Assembly (NCBI GenBank): GCA_035714115.1
Contig: DASTMO010000075.1
Coordinates: 10,291-74,290, forward strand
Direction: 5' to 3'
From: Alphaproteobacteria bacterium
GTDB taxonomy: Bacteria > Pseudomonadota > Alphaproteobacteria > SMXQ01
DNA length: 64,000 nucleotides
In this document: positions 54,181 through 64,000 of the stretch, piece after piece
Layout of the letters: each line of letters opens with the position of its first letter
Position numbering within the stretch: position 1 is the first letter of the stretch
The notes under the pieces: model-generated
The model's input: the letters and a program-made list of their open reading frames with translations, nothing else
What the model was told of the DNA's origin: nothing
Database searches by the model: none
Program-made: the position numbers and the translations under genes

Positions 54181-54216
54181 CGACCGCCGCGCGCGCCTCT
54201 GACAGGTCAGATGCGC

Positions 54217-55056
54217 TCAGACTCCGTAGTCGAGACCGATGTCGACGGCCGGCGCGGACTGCGTCATGCGCCCCACCGAGACAAAGTCGACGCCGCTGGA
54301 AGCCTTGTCGCGTATGGTTTCCAGCGTAATGCCGCCCGATGCTTCAAGCACCGCGCGGCCAGCGACGATGGCGACCGCCTGCTTGAGCAGCGCCGGCTCC
54401 ATATTGTCCAAAAGGATCATGCCGGCGCCGGCGGCGACCGCTTCTTTCACCTGATCGAGGGTGTCGCACTCCACTTCCACCACCGTCAGGGCCGGGGTGA
54501 CACGCTTGGCGCGCTGCACTGCAGCGGTGAGGCTGCCGCAGGCGGCGATATGGTTGTCCTTGATCAGCACGCCGTCATCCAGGCGCAGGCGGTGGTTGCG
54601 CGCGCCGCCGGTGAAGCTGGCGTATTTGGCGAGATTGCGCAGGGTGGGGATGGTTTTGCGCGTATCGATCAGCGTCGCGCCGGTTCCCTCGACCAGTTCG
54701 GCGTAGCGCCGCGTCACCGTGGCGATGCCCGAGAGATGCTGCAGGATGTTGAGCGCCGTGCGCTCGGCTTCGAGGATGGCGCGGGCATCGCCGGAAAAGC
54801 GCGCCAGCACGGTCTTGGCGTTAACTTTCTCGCCATCCTTCACTAAGGCCTGCGTTTCAATATCGGCACGCACGCGCTTGAACACCGCCATGGCGATGTC
54901 GATGCCGCAGACCACGACCTCCTGACGCGCCACCATGGCGACCTTGAGCTGCGTGCCCTCGGGAATGGTCGCGTAGCTCGTGAGGTCGCCGCGGCCGACA
55001 TCCTCGGCCAGGGCGCGATCGATGAAGTCGTCGATTTCGGCGCGGGAGAGCTGCAT
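54217..55056 (-). CDS. nadC: Nicotinate-nucleotide pyrophosphorylase (carboxylating)
   Basis: QPRTase family, 279 aa. Confidence 0.9.
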   Translation of the reverse strand: MQLSRAEIDDFIDRALAEDVGRGDLTSYATIPEGTQLKVAMVARQEVVVCGIDIAMAVFKRVRADIETQALVKDGEKVNAKTVLARFSGDARAILEAERTALNILQHLSGIATVTRRYAELVEGTGATLIDTRKTIPTLRNLAKYASFTGGARNHRLRLDDGVLIKDNHIAACGSLTAAVQRAKRVTPALTVVEVECDTLDQVKEAVAAGAGMILLDNMEPALLKQAVAIVAGRAVLEASGGITLETIRDKASSGVDFVSVGRMTQSAPAVDIGLDYGV

Positions 55057-55135
55057 CGGAATAATCCTGCGGATGGAGAAACGGCGGCCTCTTTATAGGA
55101 GGCCGCCGCTCGCGGTGCAAAATGTAGAACGAACC

Positions 55136-56167
55136 TTAACGGGCCTTGTCCGCCGCCGTGGCCGGCGCCGGGATCGACGCCGACATGGCGAGCATGCGTT
55201 CGAGCGGCAGCGCCGCCGCCTGGCGCAGCGGTTCGGCGAGATCGAGGCTCGGCGTCATGTCGCGCAGGGCGAGATAGAGCTTCTCGACCGTGTTGAGCGC
55301 CATGAAGGGGCAGGCGTTGCAGGCGCACGGGCCTTCGGTGCCGCTGATCGGAATGAAACGCTTGGTCGGCGCCAGCTTCTGCATCTGATGGATCAGGCCG
55401 GTGTCGGTGCCGATGATGAATTCCTCGGCCTTCGATGCCAGCACATATTCGAGGATCGAACGCGTCGAACCGACATGATCGGACTGCGCCAGAACGCCGG
55501 CGCCGCTTTCCGGATGCGAGGCGACCAGCGCCTTAGGGTGGCGCGCCTTCAGCTTGGCCAGCTCGCGGTCGGCGAAGCTTTCATGGACGATGCAGGTGCC
55601 CGGCCACAGCGTCATCTCGCGGCCGGTAGCCTTGGCGAGATAAGCGCCGAGATTGCGGTCGGGCGCGAACAGGATCGGCTTGTCCGCCGGGATCTGACGG
55701 ATGATCGCTTCGGCGTTCGACGAGGTGACGATGATGTCGCTGAGCGCCTTCACCTCGGCCGAGCAGTTGATGTAGGTGATGGCGACATGGTCGGGGTGGG
55801 CGTCGCGGAACGCCTTGAACGGGCCGGGCTTGCAGGAATCTTCCAGCGAGCAGCCGGCGGCCATATCGGGCAGCAGCACGGTCTTGGAGGGCGACAGGAT
55901 CTTCGCCACCTCGGCCATGAATTTCACGCCGCAGAACACGATGACGTCGGCGTCCGTGCTCGCCGCCTTGCGCGACAGGTCGAGCGAATCGCCGACGAAG
56001 TCGGCGAGATCCTGGATTTCGCCGTCCTGATAATAGTGCGCGAGGATCACCGCGTTGCGCTCGCGGCGCAGGCGGTTGATCTCGGCCGGCAGGTCGAGGC
56101 GCGGGTCGACCGGCGCGCGCCCATTGGGGTTGGCGGCGGCAGAGGGAACGATCAACGTGTCGGACAT
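55136..56167 (-). CDS. nadA: Quinolinate synthase A
   Basis: NadA family with three conserved Cys (Fe-S ligands). 343 aa. Confidence 0.9.
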   Translation of the reverse strand: MSDTLIVPSAAANPNGRAPVDPRLDLPAEINRLRRERNAVILAHYYQDGEIQDLADFVGDSLDLSRKAASTDADVIVFCGVKFMAEVAKILSPSKTVLLPDMAAGCSLEDSCKPGPFKAFRDAHPDHVAITYINCSAEVKALSDIIVTSSNAEAIIRQIPADKPILFAPDRNLGAYLAKATGREMTLWPGTCIVHESFADRELAKLKARHPKALVASHPESGAGVLAQSDHVGSTRSILEYVLASKAEEFIIGTDTGLIHQMQKLAPTKRFIPISGTEGPCACNACPFMALNTVEKLYLALRDMTPSLDLAEPLRQAAALPLERMLAMSASIPAPATAADKAR

Positions 56168-56439
56168 CTCAGAAGCGATCCTCGGTTCCGATCCGCGCGA
56201 GCCCTAATCGTGACGGGGGTCATGACGGGCGGGGGCGCGGACAGTGACGGAATGCCCCGACCGGCGGGGTGCGGCGCGGCCCGATGCCGCGCCCGGAACA
56301 GTGAGGCTTGTTCCTTAAGAAATAAGGGGCTCTGTTGGTACTGCAAGGCCTTGGCCCTGACAAGGGAGGGGGAGCGCATGGCCGCCATGCGCCGTGGCAA
56401 TTTCGCCACATGCGCCCTAAAGCCCTGAGATGTCAGCCG

Positions 56440-57684
56440 TCAGGTCAAATGCTTAGCCTGGCGGTAGCCGTCGGTCTGCATTTCCAGCAGGCGCGAGACG
56501 GTGCGCTCGAACTCGAAGGCGAAATCGCCGTCGGGATAAAGCCGGCGCGGCTCGACGGCCGCCGAGGCGATCAAGTTGACCTTATGCTCGTAGAGCGCGT
56601 CGATCAGCGTGGTGAAGCGGAAGGCCTCGTTGCGCTTTTCCGGTCCGAGCTGCGGCACGCCGTCGAGGATCAGCGTGTGAAAATGCGTGGCGACCGCGAT
56701 GTAGTCCGCCGCGCCGAGCGCGCGGGCGCAGAGATCGTCGAAGCCGAAACGCGCCACGCCCTTGGCCGAGACCGGCACGGCGAGCTTGCGCCCCTGCACC
56801 ATCAGCACCGTCGGCTCGGCCTCGGGCGCCGGCACGACCTTGAAGCCGGCCTGCCGCTCTTTGGCCGAGAGCGGCAACGACGGCGCGTCGTCATCGCCCG
56901 TGCCGTCTTGCGTCAGCAAGTCGTAGGCCTCATCAAGCGCATGGCTGGCGGCGGGCCCGAGCGGCGAATGCCACAGCGGCATGCCTTTCAGACGCAATAG
57001 ACGGTAATCCTCGCCGCCGTCGAGCTCGATGACGTCGAGCTTCTCTTTGAGCAGCGCGATGAATGGCAGGAACAGTTCGCGCTGCAACCCGCCTTTATAA
57101 AGTTCGTCGGGCGCGCGATTGGAGGTGGCGACGACGACGATGCCGCGCTCGAACAAAGCCGTGAACAGGCGGCCGAGGATCGCCGCGTCGGCGATGTTGG
57201 TCACCTGAAACTCATCGAAACAGAGCAGCCAGGTCTGAGCGGCGATTTCGGCGGCGAGCTTGGGCACCGGATCGGCCTCCGCGCCCTTGGTGCGCTGACG
57301 CCATTCATGCAGGCGCTGATGCACCTCGATCATGAAGGCATGGAAATGCACGCGGCGCTTGTGATGGGCGGCGACCGGCGCGGTCTCGTAGAACAAATCC
57401 ATCAGCATGGACTTGCCGCGCCCGACCGCGCCGAAAATGTAAAGCCCCTGCGGCGGCGTCTCGTCGCGGCGGGCAAGCCCCAGGCGCGCCTTCCAACTGC
57501 CGAGCGCGCCCATGAAGCCGCCGCCGCCGTCGACCGGCCGGTAGGACTTTAGCGCATCGTGCAGCTGCTGCAATTTTTCGGCGGCCAGATCCTGCACGGG
57601 ATCGGGCTTGATCGCGCCCGAGCGCCGGCGCTCGCGCAGCGCGGCGACGGGACCTTGGGACGATGAGGCGTCGGTTGGAGCCAT
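56440..57684 (-). CDS. zapE: Cell division protein ZapE (AFG1-like ATPase)
   Basis: Walker A GAVGRGKS and AFG1-family architecture. Confidence 0.8.
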   Translation of the reverse strand: MAPTDASSSQGPVAALRERRRSGAIKPDPVQDLAAEKLQQLHDALKSYRPVDGGGGFMGALGSWKARLGLARRDETPPQGLYIFGAVGRGKSMLMDLFYETAPVAAHHKRRVHFHAFMIEVHQRLHEWRQRTKGAEADPVPKLAAEIAAQTWLLCFDEFQVTNIADAAILGRLFTALFERGIVVVATSNRAPDELYKGGLQRELFLPFIALLKEKLDVIELDGGEDYRLLRLKGMPLWHSPLGPAASHALDEAYDLLTQDGTGDDDAPSLPLSAKERQAGFKVVPAPEAEPTVLMVQGRKLAVPVSAKGVARFGFDDLCARALGAADYIAVATHFHTLILDGVPQLGPEKRNEAFRFTTLIDALYEHKVNLIASAAVEPRRLYPDGDFAFEFERTVSRLLEMQTDGYRQAKHLT

Positions 57685-57756
57685 GGCGGCGCAGACTAGT
57701 CCGCCCTACCCCTCTCCGTCCACCATGGGCGACCTCTTCCCTGCTAGACTGCGGCG

Positions 57757-58530
57757 ATGAAACGCATCGCTTCCGCCGCCAATCCGCTCTATGCCGCCCT
57801 GAAGAAGCAGGCGGAAGAGCCGCGCGCGCGCCGCAAGGAGAGCGTGGCGATCTTGGACGGCGCGCATCTGTTGCAGATGGCGCTGGCCGCCGGGCTGGAG
57901 CCGGACTTGGTCGCCGTCGCCGAGAGCCGCGCCGATCAGCCGGAGATCGCCGCGCTGATCGCAGGTTTGCCCGAGCGTGCGCTGATGCTGCTGCCGGACG
58001 GCTTGGCCAACGCGCTCTCCACCGTCGAGACGCCGACTGGGCTGGTGGCGCGCATCGCTCTGCCCGCCCCGCATGAAGTTAAGGGCGCGGCGATCCTGCT
58101 GTCCGACATTCAAGACCCCGGCAATGTCGGCACCATGCTGCGCACCGCGGCGGCGGCGGGCGTGAAAAGCGCCTATCTCTCCGCCGGCTGCGCCGAAGCC
58201 TTCTCGCCGAAGGCGCTCCGCGCCGGCATGGGCGCGCAATTCGCCCTCGCCATTCATGAGCGCGCCGATCTCAAAGCGCTGATCGCCGAGAAGCCGGCGC
58301 GCGTGCTCGCCACCGATCTGGCGGCGACGCGCTCGCTCTATGACGTAAGCTTGCCTGCCGACTGCTTCTTCCTGTTCGGCAACGAAGGCGCCGGACTCGA
58401 TCCGGCTTTGAGCAATGCCGCCGGATTGCAGGTGCGCATCCCGATGCCGGGCACCGCCGAATCGCTCAACGTCGCCGCCTCGGCCGCGGTCTGCCTGTTC
58501 GAGTGGGTGCGGCAGCAAGGCACGAGGTAG
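57757..58530 (+). CDS. TrmH/SpoU-family RNA 2'-O-methyltransferase
   Basis: SPOUT motifs (LLSDIQDPGNVGTMLRTAAAAG, LFGNEGAGL, ESLNVAASAAV). Confidence 0.75.
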   Translation: MKRIASAANPLYAALKKQAEEPRARRKESVAILDGAHLLQMALAAGLEPDLVAVAESRADQPEIAALIAGLPERALMLLPDGLANALSTVETPTGLVARIALPAPHEVKGAAILLSDIQDPGNVGTMLRTAAAAGVKSAYLSAGCAEAFSPKALRAGMGAQFALAIHERADLKALIAEKPARVLATDLAATRSLYDVSLPADCFFLFGNEGAGLDPALSNAAGLQVRIPMPGTAESLNVAASAAVCLFEWVRQQGTR

Positions 58531-58644
58531 ACAACACAACTTCCGTCATGCCCGCACTTGTTGCGGGCATCCACGCCTTACGATGCGGATGAAAGAAAGT
58601 CGTGGATGGCCGGAACAAGTCCGGCCATGACGATGATCAAAAGA

Positions 58645-58680
58645 AAAGGGCCGTCCCTTGGGACGGCCCTTTCGTTTGCT
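58645..58680. terminator. Bidirectional rho-independent terminator between the TrmH-like gene and sdhB
   Basis: aaaagggccgtcccttgggacggcccttt-cgtttg. Confidence 0.75.
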
Positions 58681-58706
58681 CTCTCTCGCAAACGTAAACT
58701 TGCAGC

Positions 58707-59483
58707 TTAGCGCCGTTCGACCATCAGCTTCTTGATCTCGCCGATCGCCTTGGCCGGGTTGAGACCCTTCGGGCAAGTGCGCGTGCAGTTCATGATGGTG
58801 TGGCAGCGGTAGAGGCGGAACGGATCCTCGAGATTGTCGAGGCGCTCGCCCGTGCGCTCGTCGCGCGAATCGGCGATCCAGCGATAGGCCTGCAGCAGGA
58901 TGGCCGGGCCGAGGAAACGGTCGCTGTTCCACCAGTAGCTCGGGCAGGAGGTCGAGCAGCTGAAGCAGAGGATGCATTCCCACAGGCCGTCGAGCTTCTC
59001 GCGCTCTTCCGGGCTCTGCAGACGCTCGCGGCTCGGCGCGGTGGTCTCGGCCTGCAGCCAGGGCTCGACCGATTCATACTGCGCCCAGATCTTCGTCAGA
59101 TCCGGCACCAGATCCTTGATCACATCCATATGCGGCAGCGGATAGACCGGCACGTCGCCCGAGCATTCCTCGATCGGCTTGATGCAGGCGAGCGTGTTGC
59201 CGCCGTCGATGTTCATCGAGCAGGAACCGCAGATGCCTTCGCGGCAGGAGCGGCGGAAGGTCAACGACGGATCGATCTCGTTCTTGATCTTGATCAACGC
59301 GTCGAGAACCATCGGGCCGCAAGCATCGAGATCGATGTTGTAGCTGTCGAGGCGGGGGTTCTCGCCCGTCTCCGGATCCCAGCGGTAGATCTTGAAGGTC
59401 TTGACGTTCTTCGCGCCCGACGGAGCCGGGAAGGTCTTGCCTTCCTTCACTCGGGAATTGCGCGGCAGAGCCAGTTCAACCAT
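58707..59483 (-). CDS. sdhB: Succinate dehydrogenase iron-sulfur subunit
   Basis: Three Cys clusters ([33 protein letters not shown]). Confidence 0.95.
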   Translation of the reverse strand: MVELALPRNSRVKEGKTFPAPSGAKNVKTFKIYRWDPETGENPRLDSYNIDLDACGPMVLDALIKIKNEIDPSLTFRRSCREGICGSCSMNIDGGNTLACIKPIEECSGDVPVYPLPHMDVIKDLVPDLTKIWAQYESVEPWLQAETTAPSRERLQSPEEREKLDGLWECILCFSCSTSCPSYWWNSDRFLGPAILLQAYRWIADSRDERTGERLDNLEDPFRLYRCHTIMNCTRTCPKGLNPAKAIGEIKKLMVERR

Positions 59484-59506
59484 GACTTACGTCCTTGCTC
59501 TCTCGA

Positions 59507-61297
59507 TTAATACACGCGCTCTTTCGGCGGGATCACTTCGATTTCGTCGGTCATCGTGTACATATGGACCGGGCGGTAATCGAGGGTGATCTTGCCGGTG
59601 GCGTCGCGATACGCCAGCGTGTGCTTCATCCAATTCACGTCGTCGCGGCTCGGGTAGTCCTCATGGGCGTGAGCGCCGCGGCTTTCGTGGCGCGCTTCGG
59701 CCGAGTACATGCTGACTGCGGCCTGGCCCATCAGATTGTCGAGCTCGAGGGCTTCGACGAGATCGCTGTTCCACACCAGCGAGCGGTCGACGACCTTGAG
59801 ATCGTTCATCGACGCGGCGGCCTGGTCGATCAGCTGCTTGCCTTCGGCCAGCACGCTCGCCGTGCGGAACACCGCGCAGTTGTTCTGCATGGTCTTCTGC
59901 ATGGAGAGGCGGATGTCGGCGGTCAGCGTCTTGCCGTTGGCGTTGCGGATGCGGTCGAAGCGCTCCAGCGCCGCCTCATGGGCGTCGGCCGGCAGCGCCT
60001 TGAGCGTCGCGCCCGGCTTGTGGGTAGCGGCGATGCGCAGCGCGGCGGCGCGGCCGAACACCACGAGATCGAGCAGCGAGTTGGTGCCAAGGCGGTTGGC
60101 GCCATGCACCGACACGCAGGCCGCTTCGCCCACCGCCATCAGGCCGGGGACGATGGCGTCCTTGTCGCCGCCCTTCGGACGGATGACTTCGGCGTGATAG
60201 TTCGTCGGAATGCCGCCCATGTTGTAGTGCACGGTCGGCAGGATGGGGATCGGCTCCTTCGTCACGTCGACGCCGGCGAAGATCATCGCCGTCTCGGAGA
60301 TGCCCGGCAGACGCTCCGCCAGCACCTTCGGATCGATGTGCTCGAGATGCAGATGGATGTGATCCTTGTTCGGGCCGACGCCGCGGCCTTCGCGGATCTC
60401 GATCGCCATCGAACGCGACACGACGTCGCGCGAGGCCAGATCCTTCGCGGTCGGCGCGTAACGCTCCATGAATCGCTCGCCTTCCGAGTTCGTCACATAG
60501 CCGCCTTCGCCGCGCGCGCCCTCGGTGATCAGGCAGCCCGAGCCATAGATGCCGGTCGGGTGGAACTGGATGAATTCCATGTCCTGCAGCGGAATGCCGG
60601 CGCGCAGCGCCATCGCGCCGCCGTCGCCGGTGCAGGTGTGCGCCGAGGTGCAGGAGAAGTAGGCGCGGCCGTAGCCGCCGGTGGCGAACACCACCATCTG
60701 GGCGCGGAAGCGATGGATCGTGCCGTCTTCCAGGCACCAGGCCATCACGCCGCCGACGCCGCCTTCGGAATCGTTCAGCAGGTCGAGGGCGATATATTCG
60801 GAGAAGAACTCGGCTTTGTGCTTCAGGCACTGCTGATAGAGCGTGTGCAGGATGGCGTGGCCGGTACGGTCGGCGGCGGCGCAAGCGCGGCGCGCCATCG
60901 ACTTGCCATGGTCCAGCGTGTGGCCGCCGAACGGGCGCTGGTAGATCTTGCCTTCCGGGGTGCGCGAGAACGGCACGCCGAAATGCTCGAGCTCGATCAC
61001 CGCATCGATGGCGTTGCGGCACATGTATTCGATCGCGTCTTGGTCGCCCAGCCAGTCCGACCCCTTGACGGTGTCGTACATGTGGAACTTCCAGTTGTCG
61101 TGATCGAGGTTGCCGAGCGCGGCGCCGATGCCGCCCTGCGCGGCGACGGTGTGGCTGCGCGTCGGGTAGACCTTGCTGATGCAGGCGGTGCGGAAGCCCG
61201 CCGCCACCATGCCGAGGGTCGCGCGTAAACCCGCGCCGCCGGCGCCGACGACGATGACGTCATAGGCGTGATCGATGATCTCGTAAGACTTCGGCAT
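59507..61297 (-). CDS. sdhA: Succinate dehydrogenase flavoprotein subunit
   Basis: The start is Met of [26 protein letters not shown] (61295-61297), not the upstream ORF start. FAD-binding and [10 protein letters not shown] motif. Confidence 0.95.
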   Translation of the reverse strand: MPKSYEIIDHAYDVIVVGAGGAGLRATLGMVAAGFRTACISKVYPTRSHTVAAQGGIGAALGNLDHDNWKFHMYDTVKGSDWLGDQDAIEYMCRNAIDAVIELEHFGVPFSRTPEGKIYQRPFGGHTLDHGKSMARRACAAADRTGHAILHTLYQQCLKHKAEFFSEYIALDLLNDSEGGVGGVMAWCLEDGTIHRFRAQMVVFATGGYGRAYFSCTSAHTCTGDGGAMALRAGIPLQDMEFIQFHPTGIYGSGCLITEGARGEGGYVTNSEGERFMERYAPTAKDLASRDVVSRSMAIEIREGRGVGPNKDHIHLHLEHIDPKVLAERLPGISETAMIFAGVDVTKEPIPILPTVHYNMGGIPTNYHAEVIRPKGGDKDAIVPGLMAVGEAACVSVHGANRLGTNSLLDLVVFGRAAALRIAATHKPGATLKALPADAHEAALERFDRIRNANGKTLTADIRLSMQKTMQNNCAVFRTASVLAEGKQLIDQAAASMNDLKVVDRSLVWNSDLVEALELDNLMGQAAVSMYSAEARHESRGAHAHEDYPSRDDVNWMKHTLAYRDATGKITLDYRPVHMYTMTDEIEVIPPKERVY

Positions 61298-61301
61298 GGG
61301 A

Positions 61302-61697
61302 TTAAGCCCCGAAAGCGATCTTGAGGACGGCGAAGATGCCGGCGAGCGCCAGCAGCAGGGCCGCGAACTTGACCAGGATGAGCGAGACGAGCTTGGCGGC
61401 TTCGCCATGCACGTAGTCTTCGATGACGACCTGCAGGCCGAGCGCGGCGTGATAGAAGCCAGCGCCGACCAGCACGACCATCAGCAGCGCGTTGAGCGGA
61501 CGCGCGACCCAGCCGGTGAAGGCGGCATGGTCGGCGCCGGCGAGCCAGGCGATCGAGGCGACGAACCAGATCGTCAGCGGCACCAGGGCGACGGCGGTCA
61601 GGCGCTGGGCCCACCAATGCTGCACGCCTTCCTTGGCGGAGCCGAGATGGCGCACGCGACCCAGCGCGGTGCGCATTTGATTTTTCGCGACGGACAT
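61302..61697 (-). CDS. sdhD: Succinate dehydrogenase hydrophobic membrane anchor subunit
   Basis: Three TM helices. TAATG overlap with sdhC. Confidence 0.8.
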   Translation of the reverse strand: MSVAKNQMRTALGRVRHLGSAKEGVQHWWAQRLTAVALVPLTIWFVASIAWLAGADHAAFTGWVARPLNALLMVVLVGAGFYHAALGLQVVIEDYVHGEAAKLVSLILVKFAALLLALAGIFAVLKIAFGA

Positions 61698-62092
61698 TAG
61701 AAGCCCCCCATGAAGCTGATGCCGGCGGCCCAGGCGATCACGGTGAGCGCGATGGAGACGGCGACCGTGACGATGGCGCTGCTCCAGGCGGTCTCGAGCG
61801 CGAAGCCGTAGCCGGCGTCCCAGAACAGGTGCCGGATGCCGTTGCACAGGTGATAGAACAGCGCGTAGCTGAAGCCGAAGAGGATCAGCAGGCCGAACCA
61901 GGAGCCGATGAAGCCCTGCAGGTTGGCGAAGGCGACCGGGCCGCTGGCGGCGGCGGTCAGCCAGCAGACCAGCAAGAGCGCGCCGACGCTGAGCGCGATG
62001 CCGGTGGCGCGGTGCAGGATCGACAACAGCATGGTGAACTTCCAGCTGTAGATCGAGATGTGCGGCGAAAGCGGTCTTGCGGTTTTTGCCAT
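61697..62092 (-). CDS. sdhC: Succinate dehydrogenase cytochrome b556 subunit
   Basis: MAKTARPLSPHISIYSWKFTM... heme-ligand His region. Confidence 0.85.
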   Translation of the reverse strand: MAKTARPLSPHISIYSWKFTMLLSILHRATGIALSVGALLLVCWLTAAASGPVAFANLQGFIGSWFGLLILFGFSYALFYHLCNGIRHLFWDAGYGFALETAWSSAIVTVAVSIALTVIAWAAGISFMGGF

Positions 62093-62516
62093 CGGGAGCC
62101 TTCGTGAACGGCGAATGCGGGGTGGACGCGAGCGACAAGTTGCAGATCGCCGCGCGGCAGGCCGCAGCGGCGGGCCGATATCAGAAACGCAGGACAGGTC
62201 CCAGAGGATCAGTCTGACGAGAGCGGACGGAAACGTGGGGCACGAGCGGATTGGGTTTCCAAAACGGCCGGGATAGCGGGCGCCGCCGATACCGGACATC
62301 CTGTCCGAAACCCAGGGCCGACGGCCCTGTTGCGGTGCGGGAAGGGTGTAGCCCCGCCGCCTCGCCAAGTCAACGCGCCGGGCACAGGCGCGAAGCGGTT
62401 TTTCGGAAAAATCTGAGCCTTTTCAATGGCCGGCCTGAAAAGAGCCGGGCTAGAGGCGGCGCTTATGGCGCAATCGGCCGATCCGAATGCCCGGGCGGTC
62501 CAAAGGACCGCGATCT

Positions 62517-62813
62517 TTAAGACGGCCGGTCAGAATGACCGAGACCCATCTCCGGGGCGATCCGGTCGCGCACCCGCTGTTTGAGCTCTTTCATCTCGGG
62601 AAAGCGCCCCTCCGCCTTGCGCGACCAGATCAAAGTGTCGTCGACGCGCACTTCGAAGATGCCGCCGGTGCCGGGCAGCAGAGCCAGCTCGCCGATCTCT
62701 TCGGAGAAGGTGGTGAGCAGCTCCTGCGCCATCCAGGAAGCGCGCAGCAGCCAGCGGCATTGCCGGCAGTAGAGAATTTCGACGCGGGGCGCGCGCGGCA
62801 TCTTCGGCCTCAA
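62517..62813 (-). CDS. SelT/SelW/Rdx-family protein (Cys-containing homolog, CRQC motif)
   Basis: EILYCRQCRW aligns with the CxxU/CxxC Rdx redox motif. No in-frame TGA. Confidence 0.6.
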   Translation of the reverse strand: MRPKMPRAPRVEILYCRQCRWLLRASWMAQELLTTFSEEIGELALLPGTGGIFEVRVDDTLIWSRKAEGRFPEMKELKQRVRDRIAPEMGLGHSDRPS

Positions 62814-63584
62814 TCAACGAAACGGATTTCGAACAATATCAACGGCCCTGCGCGGCGGCGAGGCGCGAATGGGGATAAGCCTGTGGAGAGGCTGTGCGCG
62901 CAATGTGCGGATCGCGTCTTTCCATGCACAAGTTTTTGGGCGAGCTATCCGCGCCGCGCCTTGTCCGCGAGGCCGGCGCTGGCGATGCTTCTCGCGATCA
63001 GTAGGGGTTCCGCCGCGAGACCGGCGATGCGCCGCGAAGGCTCTTTCGAGGGCCTGCGAGCGCTGGCCAAGCGGCGGGGGCGAAACGATCGGCGAGCGCG
63101 GGGCGCAAGTCCCACGCTGGCGGATCGGCAAGCCCGCACCCGGCGCGAGCGGTCGCAAGACCGTTCAAGCGCTGCCCTCCGGGCGCCGCGAGGCGATGGG
63201 TCGGCAGCGTGACGCGACGGACGGAACGAGCCGCCTCTGCACCGAGGCCGGCGCTTCCAAGCCGCAAGGCCTGCGCTCCCCAAGGACGCAGGCGGGCGGC
63301 CGACGGGACGGACCCGCGAGGGTGCGTCCGCGCCCCGGGCGGGGCCGCTGCGAGAGGCCTCTTCGCGGAAGCTGGAGGAGCGGACGCCGCCAGGACGCGC
63401 GAAGCGCTTGAGGCACGGCGGCAGAACGGAACGGTCCGGGGAAAGGCCGGCTTTGCGAAAGGCCGCGCCAAAGGCGGACGACGGAGGGCTTTCCCTCGCC
63501 GGGAAGGCAGGCCGTGGCGATCAGCGAAGCGCATCTCTCCCTGGGGACGCGGGTCGCGAAGCGCCGGAACGTCCGACGGCTCTT

Positions 63585-63690
63585 GCGGATCGGGAGTCAG
63601 GCCGGCTCCCGAGGCGTCAGGCGGTGTCTTGCCGGGCACACGCCGGGTTCTCGCGAGAGAACCGGGCAACCTGACGCCTCCATTCTTTAC
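63585..63690. repeat. Nested inverted repeat (outer 12-bp arms ggaggcgtcagg/cctgacgcctcc enclosing a 10-bp-stem hairpin ccgggttctc/gagaacccgg)
   Basis: Read directly from the sequence within the ~1 kb gene-free spacer. Confidence 0.6.
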
Positions 63691-63893
63691 GGGGCGGCGA
63701 ATCGGGGATCAAGCCCCTTTCGGCTCCGTTCCCCCTTCACGGCATTGTTCATTCTCACGACATTATTAGAGCCCGCCGGCCGTCCGCGCGGCGCTCGCGG
63801 TTGTCTCGGGCATGGGGCTGCGATAAGAAGCGAAGCCCGCGTCGCGCAGGGCGCGGCCCCGTCAGGGGCTGAGACAGGGAGCCTGCGTCCGTA

Positions 63894-64000
63894 TGAATGT
63901 CACCACGTTGTTTCTCAAGGGCCTGATCGTCGGCGTCATCATCGCCGCGCCGGTCGGCCCCGTGGCCGTGATGTGCATCCACCGCTCAATCGCGCAGGGC
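63894..64000 (+). CDS. LysE/RhtB-family amino-acid exporter (N-terminal fragment, continues beyond the window)
   Basis: MNVTTLFLKGLIVGVIIAAPVGPVAVMCIHRSIAQG is the typical LysE-family first TM helix. Confidence 0.5.

Noticed and set aside
62869-63769. Several overlapping 180-230-aa ORFs in all frames of the 1 kb spacer
   Set aside because: All are Arg/Pro/Ala-rich low-complexity translations with mutually overlapping frames on both strands. None resembles a protein family.

Overview
This is a high-GC (about 65%) alphaproteobacterial, Rhizobiales-like chromosomal window. The first ~18.3 kb look accessory and catabolic. They hold a truncated CoA-binding acyl-CoA-synthetase-like gene, three orphan TctC/Bug tripartite-tricarboxylate-type solute-binding proteins, a LysR regulator, an orphan ABC solute-binding protein, a cupin, and a translationally overlapping hydantoinase/oxoprolinase HyuA-HyuB pair. 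The same block ends in a tight four-gene signalling operon on the minus strand. The operon encodes a CHASE3-GAF hybrid histidine kinase with an EELQ-repeat coiled coil and three receivers, then CheR, then a receiver-less CheB, then a REC-PAS-HWE-kinase-REC protein. Every junction in this operon is an ATGA stop/start overlap, and no MCP, CheA or CheW is present. The block abuts tRNA-Ser(CGA), which is followed by degenerate copies of its own 3' end and a low-GC spacer. The remaining ~45 kb are core housekeeping genes in conserved alphaproteobacterial order: rplU-rpmA, obg-proB-proA-nadD-rsfS-rlmH, gpmI, envC-like-ctpA-yibQ-like, rppH, a ferritin-like gene, atpHAGDC, priA, tal, DUF484-xerC, ybaN, lpdA-sucB-sucA-sucDC, mdh, nadC-nadA, zapE, a TrmH-like methyltransferase, sdhCDAB, a SelW-like gene and the start of a LysE exporter. 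Noteworthy non-genic signals are a dense palindrome and tandem-repeat array upstream of mdh, lysine/alanine-rich histone-H1-like extensions on RsfS and L21 plus a 29-aa K-rich mini-ORF, strong intra-operon hairpins in the suc cluster, and a ~1 kb gene-free GC-rich divergent spacer carrying a nested palindrome.
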